In this document: positions 27,966 through 36,828 of the stretch, piece by piece
Layout: every line of letters begins with the position of its first letter
Numbering within the stretch: the stretch's first letter is position 1
Virus record (IMG/VR): IMGVR_UViG_3300035682_000025
Coordinates: 8,042-72,041 of that record
DNA length: 64,000 bases
Source: a virus
Strand: one strand, 5' to 3'
Made by a program: the position numbers and the translations under genes
The notes under the pieces: model-generated
Databases searched by the model: none
Told to the model about the DNA's origin: nothing
The model's input: only the letters and a program-made list of their open reading frames with translations

Positions 27966-28689
27966 GCTCTTCTTCTGCTATAATAAATTCCTTCACAAGC
28001 CCAGATCGCACAACATCATCTACTGTAAATTGGATTGTACTAAAGCATTCCATTCTGTCAAGGATTTGTTTGAACTTACGAAGTCCAGAAACATCCATGC
28101 GGTTCTTTGAGCAATCAAGGTCATCCTGCTTAGTATCACCGCAGAATATAATTTTTGAACCTTCGCCGACACGCGTGATAATTGTTCTTAATTCGTCAAG
28201 CCGCATGTTCTGACATTCATCTACTATAATCACAGCATTGTCAAATGTCAAGCCACGAATGAATGATGTGCTCATAAAACGAATCATTTTTTTCTGTTTC
28301 ATTATGTCATATCCGTCAGCACGCTCAAATAGGTCGTTCACAATATCAACATAGGGTGCTTCGAAGTTTGCCATTTTTTCCTGCGCGCCTCCGGGCATGT
28401 GTCCCTGTTCTCTTGATTGAACTGATGACCGGATGATGATAATCTCCTTATATTCGTTTCTGTCCATAACGTCTTTTAGTGCCAGATAGAGGGAAATGTA
28501 TGTCTTTCCTGTTCCTGCCGATCCAATTGCGAGAAGATTTTGACTATCACTATATTCTTGGAATAGAATGCGTTGATTTTTAGTCATTGGTTCAATTTTC
28601 TTCATTGCAAATTTTGTATTTAGCAGATGATTAGTCTCCTTTTCCACTCTAGCTTTGGTTCTCTTTGTAAGACGTCTGTTTGCTGACAT
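27952..28689 (-). CDS. phoH: PhoH-like ATPase
   Basis: Walker A GSAGTGKTY, Walker B IIVDECQN, PhoH-family length and motifs. Confidence 0.85.
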   Translation of the reverse strand: MSANRRLTKRTKARVEKETNHLLNTKFAMKKIEPMTKNQRILFQEYSDSQNLLAIGSAGTGKTYISLYLALKDVMDRNEYKEIIIIRSSVQSREQGHMPGGAQEKMANFEAPYVDIVNDLFERADGYDIMKQKKMIRFMSTSFIRGLTFDNAVIIVDECQNMRLDELRTIITRVGEGSKIIFCGDTKQDDLDCSKNRMDVSGLRKFKQILDRMECFSTIQFTVDDVVRSGLVKEFIIAEEELELV

Positions 28690-28734
28690 GTGAACTCCTA
28701 TGTTGAGTTTAGTTGATTTGCAAGACCGATCCTT

Positions 28735-28971
28735 TTACCACGTGTTGATAATGTTTTTTTTGTGATGGCCGGAGACGGTCTTGAGCACATCGCGGAACCC
28801 ATCATCGGGCCTCCGCTTTCCGAGACGCACGGAATCGCCGAGCGCAGGGAATCTGGTAAACACTTGTATTATGTTGGTGTTGTCATTGAGATACTGCTCA
28901 AATTCGGCGAACTTCATGTTCACCTCAAAGACTTCATCTGTGTCCTTGTTCATAGCGCTATAGATTGGCAT
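28735..28971 (-). CDS. Hypothetical protein
   Basis: 78 aa, RBS GGAGG, immediately downstream of a terminator hairpin. Confidence 0.4.
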   Translation of the reverse strand: MPIYSAMNKDTDEVFEVNMKFAEFEQYLNDNTNIIQVFTRFPALGDSVRLGKRRPDDGFRDVLKTVSGHHKKNIINTW

Positions 28972-28980
28972 CTATCCTCC

Positions 28981-29019
28981 AAAAAAATAGTGCGGTGTCC
29001 GAGTAACAGACACCGCACT
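28981..29019 (-). terminator. Rho-independent terminator (minus strand)
   Basis: GTGCGGTGTC...GACACCGCAC 10-bp stem followed by a T7 run on the minus strand. Confidence 0.7.
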
Positions 29020-29081
29020 TTGCTTTCATTACAAATCGACTGTTACAACTGTATTTATGCTTACAGTTGTCTCAGTCTAGG

Positions 29082-29669
29082 TCAATTTCCGGTTATCAAC
29101 TCATATATTTCTTTCCAGTTTGTCACACGTCTCACATCTTCATGATGATCATCAATATTATAATGATGAGACATCAAAATGGGCTTCATACCATGACCCA
29201 AACCCATCAAGGCATTTTTCATCAAATCTTCAATCCAAAAGCACCCAGTTCCTTCATATTCTTTCAGTAGTTCTTTTTTGTTCGATGAACTGCCACATAG
29301 GGTCAAGCGCTCAAATGCTGTCTTACCAAAGAGGTTGTGAATGTTTTCCATTCTGGCATCATACATATCGCGTGTATTTGGAATTGCGCTGATGCAATGG
29401 AACACATAGCCATGATCTTCGTGAAGTTTGCGGATGTATTTGATGGCGTCTTTGAATGGAGGCAAACTCCGCATGGCAGCACTTTCATTGAAAGCAGCTG
29501 CCAGCTCATCGCCTTCTTCTTTCGAGATGCCATATTTGTCTTCGATGCTGTAGAATCCGTTTATGGTTTCTTTGTACCCCTTGGACACCATTGACATGTG
29601 GAAACCGTGTTCCCAATACCCAATAACCCCATCGAAATCTGTGACAATCACATTGTCATAAGCAATCAT
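29082..29669 (-). CDS. HAD-superfamily phosphatase, 5-prime(3-prime)-deoxyribonucleotidase-like
   Basis: N-terminal motif I VIVTDFDGVI (DxDGV), 195 aa. Confidence 0.55.
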   Translation of the reverse strand: MIAYDNVIVTDFDGVIGYWEHGFHMSMVSKGYKETINGFYSIEDKYGISKEEGDELAAAFNESAAMRSLPPFKDAIKYIRKLHEDHGYVFHCISAIPNTRDMYDARMENIHNLFGKTAFERLTLCGSSSNKKELLKEYEGTGCFWIEDLMKNALMGLGHGMKPILMSHHYNIDDHHEDVRRVTNWKEIYELITGN

Positions 29670-29670
29670 T
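29641..29670. repeat. 30-bp perfect direct repeat, copy 1 (first 10 codons of HAD gene 29082..29669)
   Basis: gtgacaatcacattgtcataagcaatcatt is identical to 30710-30739. Confidence 0.9.
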
Positions 29671-29686
29671 CAATATCTCCATAATG

Positions 29687-29765
29687 ATAAATAGAAGTGT
29701 CAATCGCGGTAGTGCAAATACCCACTGACTCTAGAACTTGTCACCTAAAAGAAGGAGCTCCAGCA
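29687..29765 (+). promoter_or_regulatory. HEG-associated late promoter plus conserved leader (copy B)
   Basis: GATAAATAGAAGTGTCAATCGCGG...CTCTAGAACT...AAGGAGCTCCAGCAATG. Conserved with copies A and C. Confidence 0.6.
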
Positions 29766-30710
29766 ATGGATATTTATCCGATTCTAGCATCAAAGCCTCA
29801 TAGCGAACATCATCTCAATAGATATATCAGGTTTATTGAGCAATGTCAACAGAATAACAAAAAGTCTTCCATAAAAACACATAGGCATCATATTTGCCCA
29901 AGAGCAAAAGATATGTTTCCAGAATATGAGTCGTTCGCCAAGAACAAATGGAATATGGCACGACTGACGCCACGACAGCATTTCATCGCCCACATAATGT
30001 TGTGGAAAGTATATCCAAACATTTCTTCGCAGTTCAATGCTGTTTGGCAAATGAAACACAGAAATAACGAACAAATGAATTCGCGACTATATGAAAGCGT
30101 TCTATTAGAGCATAGCAGAGTAACCTCAGCTAGACTAAAAAATACGGTTTCTGTATATGATGCAAATGGTTTATTTCATCGTATTCCAGTAAGTGAATAT
30201 GACGAAAGTAAGCATACACCCATTTCTGCAAATAGAGTAGTAGCAAAAATGGATAGCGGTGATTATGTTGTGGTTTCTGTAGATGAGTTTCGTTCTAGAA
30301 CTGATTTACACGGAACAACAAAAAATACGAAAGCATGGAATGATGGAAATACTGTTATGTATTCTTACAAAAATCCTGGCCCTGGTTTTACGAGGGGTCA
30401 TTTACCCCTCTCGGATGAGCAGAAGAAAATTCGTAATGAAAAGACTCGACAGACTATATCAAAAAGAACATCAGAAGAAAATAAACTAATCAGTATAAAG
30501 AGCTCTCAAGCTAAAAGAGAGTATTATGCCAATCTCTCACCAGAAGAAAGAAAAAAGCCGCAAGAGTTCAAAGACAAGTTGTCGGAAATCAGGAAAGAAA
30601 GCAATCCGGGTTTCAGAGCAACTCACGCCTGCCCTACTTGCGGCAAAGAAGGTCAGAAAGCTAATATTTCAAAGCATCACGGTCTCAATGGCGAAAAGTG
30701 TAGATGGTAG
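29766..30710 (+). CDS. HNH homing endonuclease (free-standing, Mob-like)
   Basis: HHICPRA ... NMARLTPRQHFIAHIMLW HNH motif. Lys/Glu-rich C-terminal DNA-binding tail with CPTCG. Antisense to the surrounding operon. ATG 29766 with RBS AAGGAG. Confidence 0.8.
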   Translation: MDIYPILASKPHSEHHLNRYIRFIEQCQQNNKKSSIKTHRHHICPRAKDMFPEYESFAKNKWNMARLTPRQHFIAHIMLWKVYPNISSQFNAVWQMKHRNNEQMNSRLYESVLLEHSRVTSARLKNTVSVYDANGLFHRIPVSEYDESKHTPISANRVVAKMDSGDYVVVSVDEFRSRTDLHGTTKNTKAWNDGNTVMYSYKNPGPGFTRGHLPLSDEQKKIRNEKTRQTISKRTSEENKLISIKSSQAKREYYANLSPEERKKPQEFKDKLSEIRKESNPGFRATHACPTCGKEGQKANISKHHGLNGEKCRW

Positions 30711-30739
30711 TGACAATCACATTGTCATAAGCAATCATT
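30710..30739. repeat. 30-bp perfect direct repeat, copy 2 (pseudo-start MIAYDNVIVT after NT5C stop)
   Basis: Identical to 29641-29670. On the minus strand it reads TAA-A-ATGATTGCTTATGACAATGTGATTGTCAC, then runs into the HNH gene 3-prime end. Confidence 0.9.
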
Positions 30740-31210
30740 TTACAATCCCGTAATCTTGAAGATTTCCCGCAGTGTGTCAGCGGTGTTCTTGTGAACAATT
30801 GCGATGCCGCCGAGCTCTTTCCATGCCTTGCAGTTTTTTTCGAAGTCATCAATCAGAATGTCGCCAGGTTCGTGCATGAACAATGCTTTGTTCACTCCGC
30901 CCATCATCGGAATGACAGTAATGTCTTTGGATAGATGTTCCCGCACCCAAGCCCGTTTTTGAATAGCAGCATTTTTGTAGTTCGACTTTGGGCAAGCAGA
31001 CAGAATGGTAACATCAAAATTGTCAACCAATATGTTGAACATCCCCTTTGCATCTTTCATAAGCGGAAGGTTAGCGTAGAAGTCGTGGTAGCCGTTGATC
31101 ATCTTCCACATCACATCGTCGTCAAGCGTTTGTGGGTCAACGCCGAATTTTTCAACAAAGTGGGTGTCGAAGTCCGCCATCACGCCATCGAGGTCTAGGT
31201 AGATACGCAT
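30740..31210 (-). CDS. 5-prime(3-prime)-deoxyribonucleotidase (NT5C family, HAD superfamily)
   Basis: N-terminal IYLDLDGVMADFD is the NT5C signature, 156 aa. Confidence 0.65.
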   Translation of the reverse strand: MRIYLDLDGVMADFDTHFVEKFGVDPQTLDDDVMWKMINGYHDFYANLPLMKDAKGMFNILVDNFDVTILSACPKSNYKNAAIQKRAWVREHLSKDITVIPMMGGVNKALFMHEPGDILIDDFEKNCKAWKELGGIAIVHKNTADTLREIFKITGL

Positions 31211-31241
31211 TATTTTTCTTTCATTATTACCATTACAGAAT

Positions 31242-31270
31242 CATCATAGGGCATATGTAGCTATGTGTCA
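31242..31270 (-). promoter_or_regulatory. Early promoter P7 (TTGACA-N17-TATGAT)
   Basis: Reverse complement reads TTGACAcatagctacatatgcccTATGATgattctgtaa. Shares the GATTCTGTAA downstream box with P11/P12. Confidence 0.5.
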
Positions 31271-31443
31271 AGCGCTATTCGTCGTCTTTCCCATCATATG
31301 ATGACATTTTTTCATTATTCTTTTGCCGCTGCTTCATTTTTCGCTCTTTCAGCCTGTCTTGTTTATTACGAATTTCATCGTCATCATTGATCCATTCGCC
31401 TTCGTATTGGTCTTCGCGAAAGTGACGAAACGACTTAGCCATT

Positions 31444-31893
31444 TTAGTTAGCTCCTTCTGGGCTGCTAGTGTTATCTTCGATAGAAATTAGGTCGGGAAA
31501 TGCTTCAGCAACAACAGCTCTAGACAGCCCCTTGAGTGGCTTCTGAGCAATCATTTTGCATAGCAGTTCAGCATCTTTGTCATCAATATCTTCTAGCAAA
31601 GAGATGAACAGCTGTTCTCGCTTCACTTTGTCGAGTTGATCATATCCGCCACCCTTGATGAAGATACGAAGTCTACGAGTTTCTTTGTAGAGCATCCCTT
31701 CTACGCCGATGTAGCCGTTCTTTTTCCATGGCGGAGGTACTGATGGAATCAGAAATTCCACCGTAGGGTCATACATGTATTTTAGAACTGTTTTTAGTGG
31801 AACGCCGTCACACTGTCGAAGCCAAGCAATTTTTTCTTCCTTGGTCTTGAGTTCAGTTGCTTTATTGACGATTTCGGAAAGAGAGTTTAGCAT
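31444..31893 (-). CDS. Hypothetical protein
   Basis: 149 aa. Its ATG shares one nt with the RNase H stop (TAATG). Confidence 0.5.
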   Translation of the reverse strand: MLNSLSEIVNKATELKTKEEKIAWLRQCDGVPLKTVLKYMYDPTVEFLIPSVPPPWKKNGYIGVEGMLYKETRRLRIFIKGGGYDQLDKVKREQLFISLLEDIDDKDAELLCKMIAQKPLKGLSRAVVAEAFPDLISIEDNTSSPEGAN

Positions 31894-32753
31894 TAAAAGT
31901 CACCAATGTCTGTCATGAGGTTTTTGAGTTTCTTCTGAATGAAGTAGTTGAGTAGTTTGGTTCGGCCGATAGTCTTTTCTTGGTTGTATGCTTCGAGTAT
32001 CTGGGTCTTGTATACAACAGGTGTATCAGATAAGTCAATCAACATTTTGTTGCGATGATATCTAATTTTGGTCGTCTCATCCATGCTGTTCATAGAAGAG
32101 CGAAACATTTCCATCTTCTTGGCAGTCATCGGCTTTTGACGCTCCCCAATCACAAGACAATTGTCGGGCGAAAGAATGTTTGGAATTCCATCACCAGTGT
32201 CGCCTTTGAGAATATGCTCCACAAGAAATTCATCTGGATTTTCGTGACGAATCCACTTTTTGCGCACCGGGTCATACTGATCGATGTTCGCATAGCGTTG
32301 AAGTTGAATGTAATCTTTGTCGCCGGATAGCACCAAGAATTTCTCTGACCCCGTATTGAGTTCTGTTCCAAATTCATGAGAAACAACACCGATGATATCA
32401 TCTGCTTCACACCTATCGATTTGAATCACTTTATAGGGAAAATGCTCAGCAATCTCTTCGCGGATATCAGACATGATTCGAAATAGTTCATTCCAATCAA
32501 GCTCTGACTTTTCGCGGCTAGTACGCCGACTTGCTTTGTAGTATGGAAATGCTTCTCGCCGCCATGAGTTTTTTCCATCACAACAGAGTACAATGTCTCC
32601 ATAGGTGTCTTTGAATTTTGTACGATTATACTTCAAAGACATCAGAAACATATGTCGAATCACATCATCAGACATTTCAACATTTGTATGATTTCCGATA
32701 TTGGCGAATAGTGTAGCAAGCATCACTTGGCTATAATCAACTAGTATGGGCAT
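31893..32753 (-). CDS. rnh: RNase H / 5-prime-3-prime flap exonuclease (T4 rnh homolog)
   Basis: LSGDKDYIQL and ILKGDTGDGIPNI motifs of the T4 RNase H/FEN family. 286 aa. Confidence 0.85.
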   Translation of the reverse strand: MPILVDYSQVMLATLFANIGNHTNVEMSDDVIRHMFLMSLKYNRTKFKDTYGDIVLCCDGKNSWRREAFPYYKASRRTSREKSELDWNELFRIMSDIREEIAEHFPYKVIQIDRCEADDIIGVVSHEFGTELNTGSEKFLVLSGDKDYIQLQRYANIDQYDPVRKKWIRHENPDEFLVEHILKGDTGDGIPNILSPDNCLVIGERQKPMTAKKMEMFRSSMNSMDETTKIRYHRNKMLIDLSDTPVVYKTQILEAYNQEKTIGRTKLLNYFIQKKLKNLMTDIGDF

Positions 32754-32755
32754 TC

Positions 32756-33091
32756 TTAAGATTCCTCATTATCCACATTGTCACCAATATAACCCTCTTC
32801 GTCTTCAATGTCAACTCCAAAAATATCTTTTGCGATATCTTGGAATGGATGGTCGTCGTATCCTTGTGATAGCAAGTACATAGCAGAAATAACTTCCTCA
32901 AGGCAAAGGGCTATTGGCATGAATTCATCATCTGTAAAGATGCAGTCGCCGGTTTTATCGTGTAGCGCGTTATGGATGATTTCAATAATTTCAGATGCAA
33001 ACTCATTCGCATCTTCTTCCACTGCCATCCTATCTTTGATCTCAATTACCTCTTCCTTTGGCTTCGGAAACGGAATCACATTATTTTTCAT
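32756..33091 (-). CDS. Hypothetical acidic protein
   Basis: Start re-assigned to ATG 33091, ATGA-coupled to the upstream gene. Confidence 0.45.
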   Translation of the reverse strand: MKNNVIPFPKPKEEVIEIKDRMAVEEDANEFASEIIEIIHNALHDKTGDCIFTDDEFMPIALCLEEVISAMYLLSQGYDDHPFQDIAKDIFGVDIEDEEGYIGDNVDNEES

Positions 33092-34020
33092 TGTATCTCT
33101 TTCAGTAGGTTTGTCCACTTGTCAGCAAACATTGTTATATTATGTCTTGGACTACTATTTATGGTCTTGGATTTTCTAAGGTCATGCGATAGAACAGCTG
33201 ACATCACCTGATAAAACTTTTTGGCGTGCTCGTTTTGGTTTTCTGTATAGTCATACATAAATGTGTTCTGTCCAGCTGTTTCTGGAAGCGCAGCTAGGTT
33301 TGGATGGACAGTTAATACTTTATGCTCAATCGCCTCTATTAGAGCTATACATGAAGTCTCTTTCCATGTACAAGGATATGGAAAGTAATGAGCCCTTGAC
33401 AGATAGTCGCGAACAACGCTATTTGGTTGAGCTCCATGATATGTTACATTTGGATTTTTCCGCAACTGATCAAACACAGGTTTATATCCCTTGTCCCGCT
33501 CTCCCCATCCATAGACCCCAAATGACGAAAATACATCTAAGTGAAGTCGGTCTGGGTATTGTGGTTTTTTTGTGAGCTCATCAAATACGGAAGCGAGAAT
33601 GTGTAGACCTCTATGTGGAGTCGTATGATAGATCAGCCGTATCGTACCGTCAGTTTCTTTGTTGAGTTCCCCAGCAGGCTCAATCGCATTCTCTATGACG
33701 CGGCACATAGAATGTGGAATTCCAAACCGAGCAATGTATGCGTCTCTCTGCCAACATGTAACGAATACAAACATCCTAAACTGTTTCCATCCGCCATTTT
33801 CAAGAATTTTTGTCTCTGGATCTTCTGGTAAGTCGTGGGCGAAAAATATGTTGGGAACTCCGGCATATACTTGACGGACTCTTGCGAAGTGTATTGCAAC
33901 ATTTTTTAGCAGCGACGGATCTATATATTTCAGAAGTCGATCTCGCATTTGTTCTGTCCCGCCCATTGCTGAGCGAGACAGATTTGTATCAATGACTTCA
34001 CCTTTATAGATGACAGACAT
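33088..34020 (-). CDS. Glycosyltransferase-like protein (GT-B fold, GT1/GT4-like E-x7-E region)
   Basis: TWKETSCIALIEAIEHKVLTVHP resembles the EX7E motif of retaining GT4 enzymes. 310 aa. Confidence 0.4.
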   Translation of the reverse strand: MSVIYKGEVIDTNLSRSAMGGTEQMRDRLLKYIDPSLLKNVAIHFARVRQVYAGVPNIFFAHDLPEDPETKILENGGWKQFRMFVFVTCWQRDAYIARFGIPHSMCRVIENAIEPAGELNKETDGTIRLIYHTTPHRGLHILASVFDELTKKPQYPDRLHLDVFSSFGVYGWGERDKGYKPVFDQLRKNPNVTYHGAQPNSVVRDYLSRAHYFPYPCTWKETSCIALIEAIEHKVLTVHPNLAALPETAGQNTFMYDYTENQNEHAKKFYQVMSAVLSHDLRKSKTINSSPRHNITMFADKWTNLLKEIQ

Positions 34021-34283
34021 TAGACAGTAGCTTCTGCGTTGATATGATTTACAGAATCATATCGGAAGCTTCGCCATGCTGACTTATCCAAGTCCCATAC
34101 AGCCTGGACATCTGGGTTTTCTTTCTTTGGGGTCTTTCCTTCAACAATCGGGGTCGATGGAATCATATCCGAGCGAAGTGTACAGCGCATTTCGCGTACC
34201 TCTCCATTTGCCTTCGTGAAGGATACGATAGCTACACCACTATGCAGGGCATTTTTCACATCTTGTACATTCATAGTATTCAT
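34020..34283 (-). CDS. Hypothetical protein
   Basis: Track ORF trimmed to the internal ATG (MNTMNVQ...) to avoid a 110-nt overlap with the upstream gene. Confidence 0.4.
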   Translation of the reverse strand: MNTMNVQDVKNALHSGVAIVSFTKANGEVREMRCTLRSDMIPSTPIVEGKTPKKENPDVQAVWDLDKSAWRSFRYDSVNHINAEATV

Positions 34284-34293
34284 AATTTTTCCC

Positions 34294-34545
34294 TTACGAA
34301 ATGATAAAACGTTGTTTTTCGCGCTCTTTGGGATTGCCCCAAAGTATATTCGACCTAACTCGAATCTTAGTCTTTTTGGTTTCATTCTTGTTCGGATTAT
34401 CAATAGTCACCCACGGATTTTGGCCAAGCCAATATGCTCTTTGAATATTCCTGACCTTCTCAGCCGGGTCATTCACCCTCGTGCTCATAGAGCTTGCACG
34501 TTCCCCCTTGGAGGTGGAGTGCTTTCCAGATGCTTTACTTCCCAT
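34294..34545 (-). CDS. Hypothetical basic protein
   Basis: 83 aa. Confidence 0.4.
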   Translation of the reverse strand: MGSKASGKHSTSKGERASSMSTRVNDPAEKVRNIQRAYWLGQNPWVTIDNPNKNETKKTKIRVRSNILWGNPKEREKQRFIIS

Positions 34546-34563
34546 AATGTAGTCTCCTTCATA

Positions 34564-34797
34564 TCAAGTTTTAGCTGGTTCAAGTTTTAGTAATTTTAGG
34601 TCCATCAGTATACGATAACTGATGTTCACAATGTCACCATCCGAATCAATCCGAAGCGTTGCTAACAGTTTGTCCAGAAAGACGAGTTCTTTGTTTTGTG
34701 CTTTAGCAATCTTCATGCAATCCATTACGCATTGAACGTCATATGGATTTTCAACGAAGATTTGCAACCTTTGAGTTGGCATTAGCTTCCTTTCCAA
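34564..34797 (-). CDS. Hypothetical protein
   Basis: 77 aa. Confidence 0.35.
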   Translation of the reverse strand: MERKLMPTQRLQIFVENPYDVQCVMDCMKIAKAQNKELVFLDKLLATLRIDSDGDIVNISYRILMDLKLLKLEPAKT

Positions 34798-35419
34798 GTA
34801 TTTTTCTTATCATTTGATGGAAGTCGCTAACAGATGTGTTGTTATAGATCCGATACATACGGATTGGTATCTGTGGCTCTGATTTTTGAATTGAGCTTTC
34901 GGAATCTTTGGTTCCTAGTTCTTCTATCAAAATGCCGTTTATGTAGTTCCGAGAATCAGAAGAAAACGAGCATCCGGTGCGATATATTTGAACGATGCAA
35001 ACTTTGTCATGTCCAACTCTATTTATTACAGGAGTAATTTCTTCTACGAAGCCGCCGTCACTGAAGCAATAGTTACGAGATGGGTCAACTTTCTCTGATG
35101 TTTTTACACCAAAATAGTCTTTACCATGCCGTGGTTTGATAATTTCTTCTGATACGAAGATCATAGCTTCTCTTCTAGAAAATCCATCGAGCCTATGTTC
35201 GCCTCGTTCTTTTATGATCCTATCGTTATAATTTTCCATAAACCAGTCTAAGGATACATCATAATACTGTGCAGTAGCACGAAATAGTTCTTGCTTGAAC
35301 TCTAGATGGGCGTAACCATAGTTTACTTTTAGGAAGTGGCACGCCTCATCCTTTCCAGAACCAGGCGGGCCATTGAAAATAAAGTTCAAGCTTCGATATC
35401 CGCGAATGCAGAATCCCAC
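34751..35419 (-). CDS. P-loop nucleotide kinase (T4 gp1 dNMP-kinase-like)
   Basis: IFNGPPGSGKDE P-loop with the SGKD signature seen in gp1-type dNMP kinases. 222 aa. Confidence 0.45.
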   Translation of the reverse strand: MGFCIRGYRSLNFIFNGPPGSGKDEACHFLKVNYGYAHLEFKQELFRATAQYYDVSLDWFMENYNDRIIKERGEHRLDGFSRREAMIFVSEEIIKPRHGKDYFGVKTSEKVDPSRNYCFSDGGFVEEITPVINRVGHDKVCIVQIYRTGCSFSSDSRNYINGILIEELGTKDSESSIQKSEPQIPIRMYRIYNNTSVSDFHQMIRKILGKEANANSKVANLR

Positions 35420-35592
35420 TCATCTGCTGTGATACCCGATAGGATAAACTCGCGGTCATTCATAGACAGGTATGGCATCAGGTCTTGGATGTTTCCGTGT
35501 CCAGCCTGCCAAGCCATGAAGTCTTCAGGATTTACCGGAATGTCCATAGTGCGTTGGATTCCAGAAATAACGCTCTTGCGTGTGATTTGCAT
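35386..35592 (-). CDS. Hypothetical protein
   Basis: 68 aa, downstream of promoter P8. Confidence 0.35.
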   Translation of the reverse strand: MQITRKSVISGIQRTMDIPVNPEDFMAWQAGHGNIQDLMPYLSMNDREFILSGITADEWDSAFADIEA

Positions 35593-35626
35593 GTTCTCGT
35601 CTCCATTGTGTTTCTTCGTGTATGTT

Positions 35627-35655
35627 CAATTTATCCCATTTGTACGAGATTGTCA
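35627..35655 (-). promoter_or_regulatory. Early promoter P8 (TTGACA-N17-TAAATT)
   Basis: Reverse complement reads TTGACAatctcgtacaaatgggaTAAATT. Confidence 0.45.
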
Positions 35656-36213
35656 AGCAGTATTTCCACCGTGAAATCGGTATTTGCACATGTAGTAGGC
35701 GTCAAACATATCGCTTACTGGGTTCCATGCCTTGGCTACCTCTTGTCCGATAAGATGAAAGAGGTTCAGTTGTGTCTCTTCTATGAAGGCTTCCCAAACT
35801 TTTTCCTTGTTGGCATTGCCCTTTCCACAAGCAAACTTCTTTACAGAGGTAGGTGCGTATACTTCAAAGTCTATGCCAGCTTGCCACATTTTATGTTTGA
35901 GCAATCCGGTATTCTCTCCAATTTCAAAAAGACGGCTTCCGGTGCTGCCATATGAGTAACCTTCAAGGCCTACTACCGCTGCTTTATGTGAATTGAGAAT
36001 ATTTAGAGCCCAGTTAGATAGATTGTCAAACCGCTGTTGTTGCGATTCAAACTCTTCGTAAAGAGATCCGCGAACCTGGTCAGTATGTATAAGAAGCTTG
36101 TTCTTTTGTGTGAGATAGTAGAATGTGCAGTTGTTTATTGACCACTCTTCTCCGTCATGGATACAAACCGCCGGCGAAGTCATTGACCAATCAATTCCTG
36201 CAATAATAGTCAT
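35653..36213 (-). CDS. RuvC/YqgF-like RNase-H-fold nuclease (putative junction resolvase)
   Basis: N-terminal IIAGIDWS (Asp in the first beta strand), GLEGYSYG, and C-terminal SDMFDAYY acidic motif. Confidence 0.4.
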   Translation of the reverse strand: MTIIAGIDWSMTSPAVCIHDGEEWSINNCTFYYLTQKNKLLIHTDQVRGSLYEEFESQQQRFDNLSNWALNILNSHKAAVVGLEGYSYGSTGSRLFEIGENTGLLKHKMWQAGIDFEVYAPTSVKKFACGKGNANKEKVWEAFIEETQLNLFHLIGQEVAKAWNPVSDMFDAYYMCKYRFHGGNTA

Positions 36214-36251
36214 AATATAGCTCCTCTTTGAAGCTATTTATGACTTTTTTG

Positions 36252-36572
36252 TTAGTTTCGGCGCATTTGTGCTGAGTCAATCGCAGCTTGCGGATTATCT
36301 TTGCGGATAGGCATTAGATTTGACTTGTGCATAGTCACAATACCAAGAATTTCTGTACCGGAGTATGAATTTTCTCTGATTTTGCTTCCGTTGCCCGGAA
36401 TAGCATTGGATGTTATACGATAGTTATTTGTGCTGTAATCTGGAATTTCATTCACAGATTTCTTTGAAGCAGTTCCTTTATAGCCTACGCGACGAAGGAA
36501 CTGTTCATGTTCTTTATGTTGAGAAACCTGTCGTTCAGCCTTTGTCGGACCTCTTGGTTTTACTTTCGCCAT
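36252..36572 (-). CDS. Hypothetical basic protein
   Basis: 106 aa. Confidence 0.45.
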   Translation of the reverse strand: MAKVKPRGPTKAERQVSQHKEHEQFLRRVGYKGTASKKSVNEIPDYSTNNYRITSNAIPGNGSKIRENSYSGTEILGIVTMHKSNLMPIRKDNPQAAIDSAQMRRN

Positions 36573-36828
36573 TACATGTCAACCTTGTCAATTGAAAATC
36601 TGGAGTTTGGCCAGTATAGACCATCATGATTGTTTGAACTTTGTCTAAATCATACAATCGTTCTTCCAAAAAGTCAACCACATCAAATACGCTATCTGCA
36701 TCAACCTCATGATAAGAAAACATATAATCAAGAGCTTCCCGCATAGTGCATTTTTCATTCACCATGATGTCTACGACTTCTTTTTCAAAGCTCATGGTGT
36801 AATCAGAAAGGTGAATCACCGAAGCCAC
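36535..36828 (-). CDS. Hypothetical protein
   Basis: 97 aa (start may be the internal ATG at 36795). Confidence 0.35.
   Translation of the reverse strand: MASVIHLSDYTMSFEKEVVDIMVNEKCTMREALDYMFSYHEVDADSVFDVVDFLEERLYDLDKVQTIMMVYTGQTPDFQLTRLTCNGESKTKRSDKG

Noticed and set aside
29075-29095. Possible - strand promoter (TTGACC-N16-TAAGCA) upstream of the terminator hairpin
   Set aside because: Poor -10 and it lacks the conserved CGAATC spacer. It would fire directly into a strong terminator 50 nt downstream.
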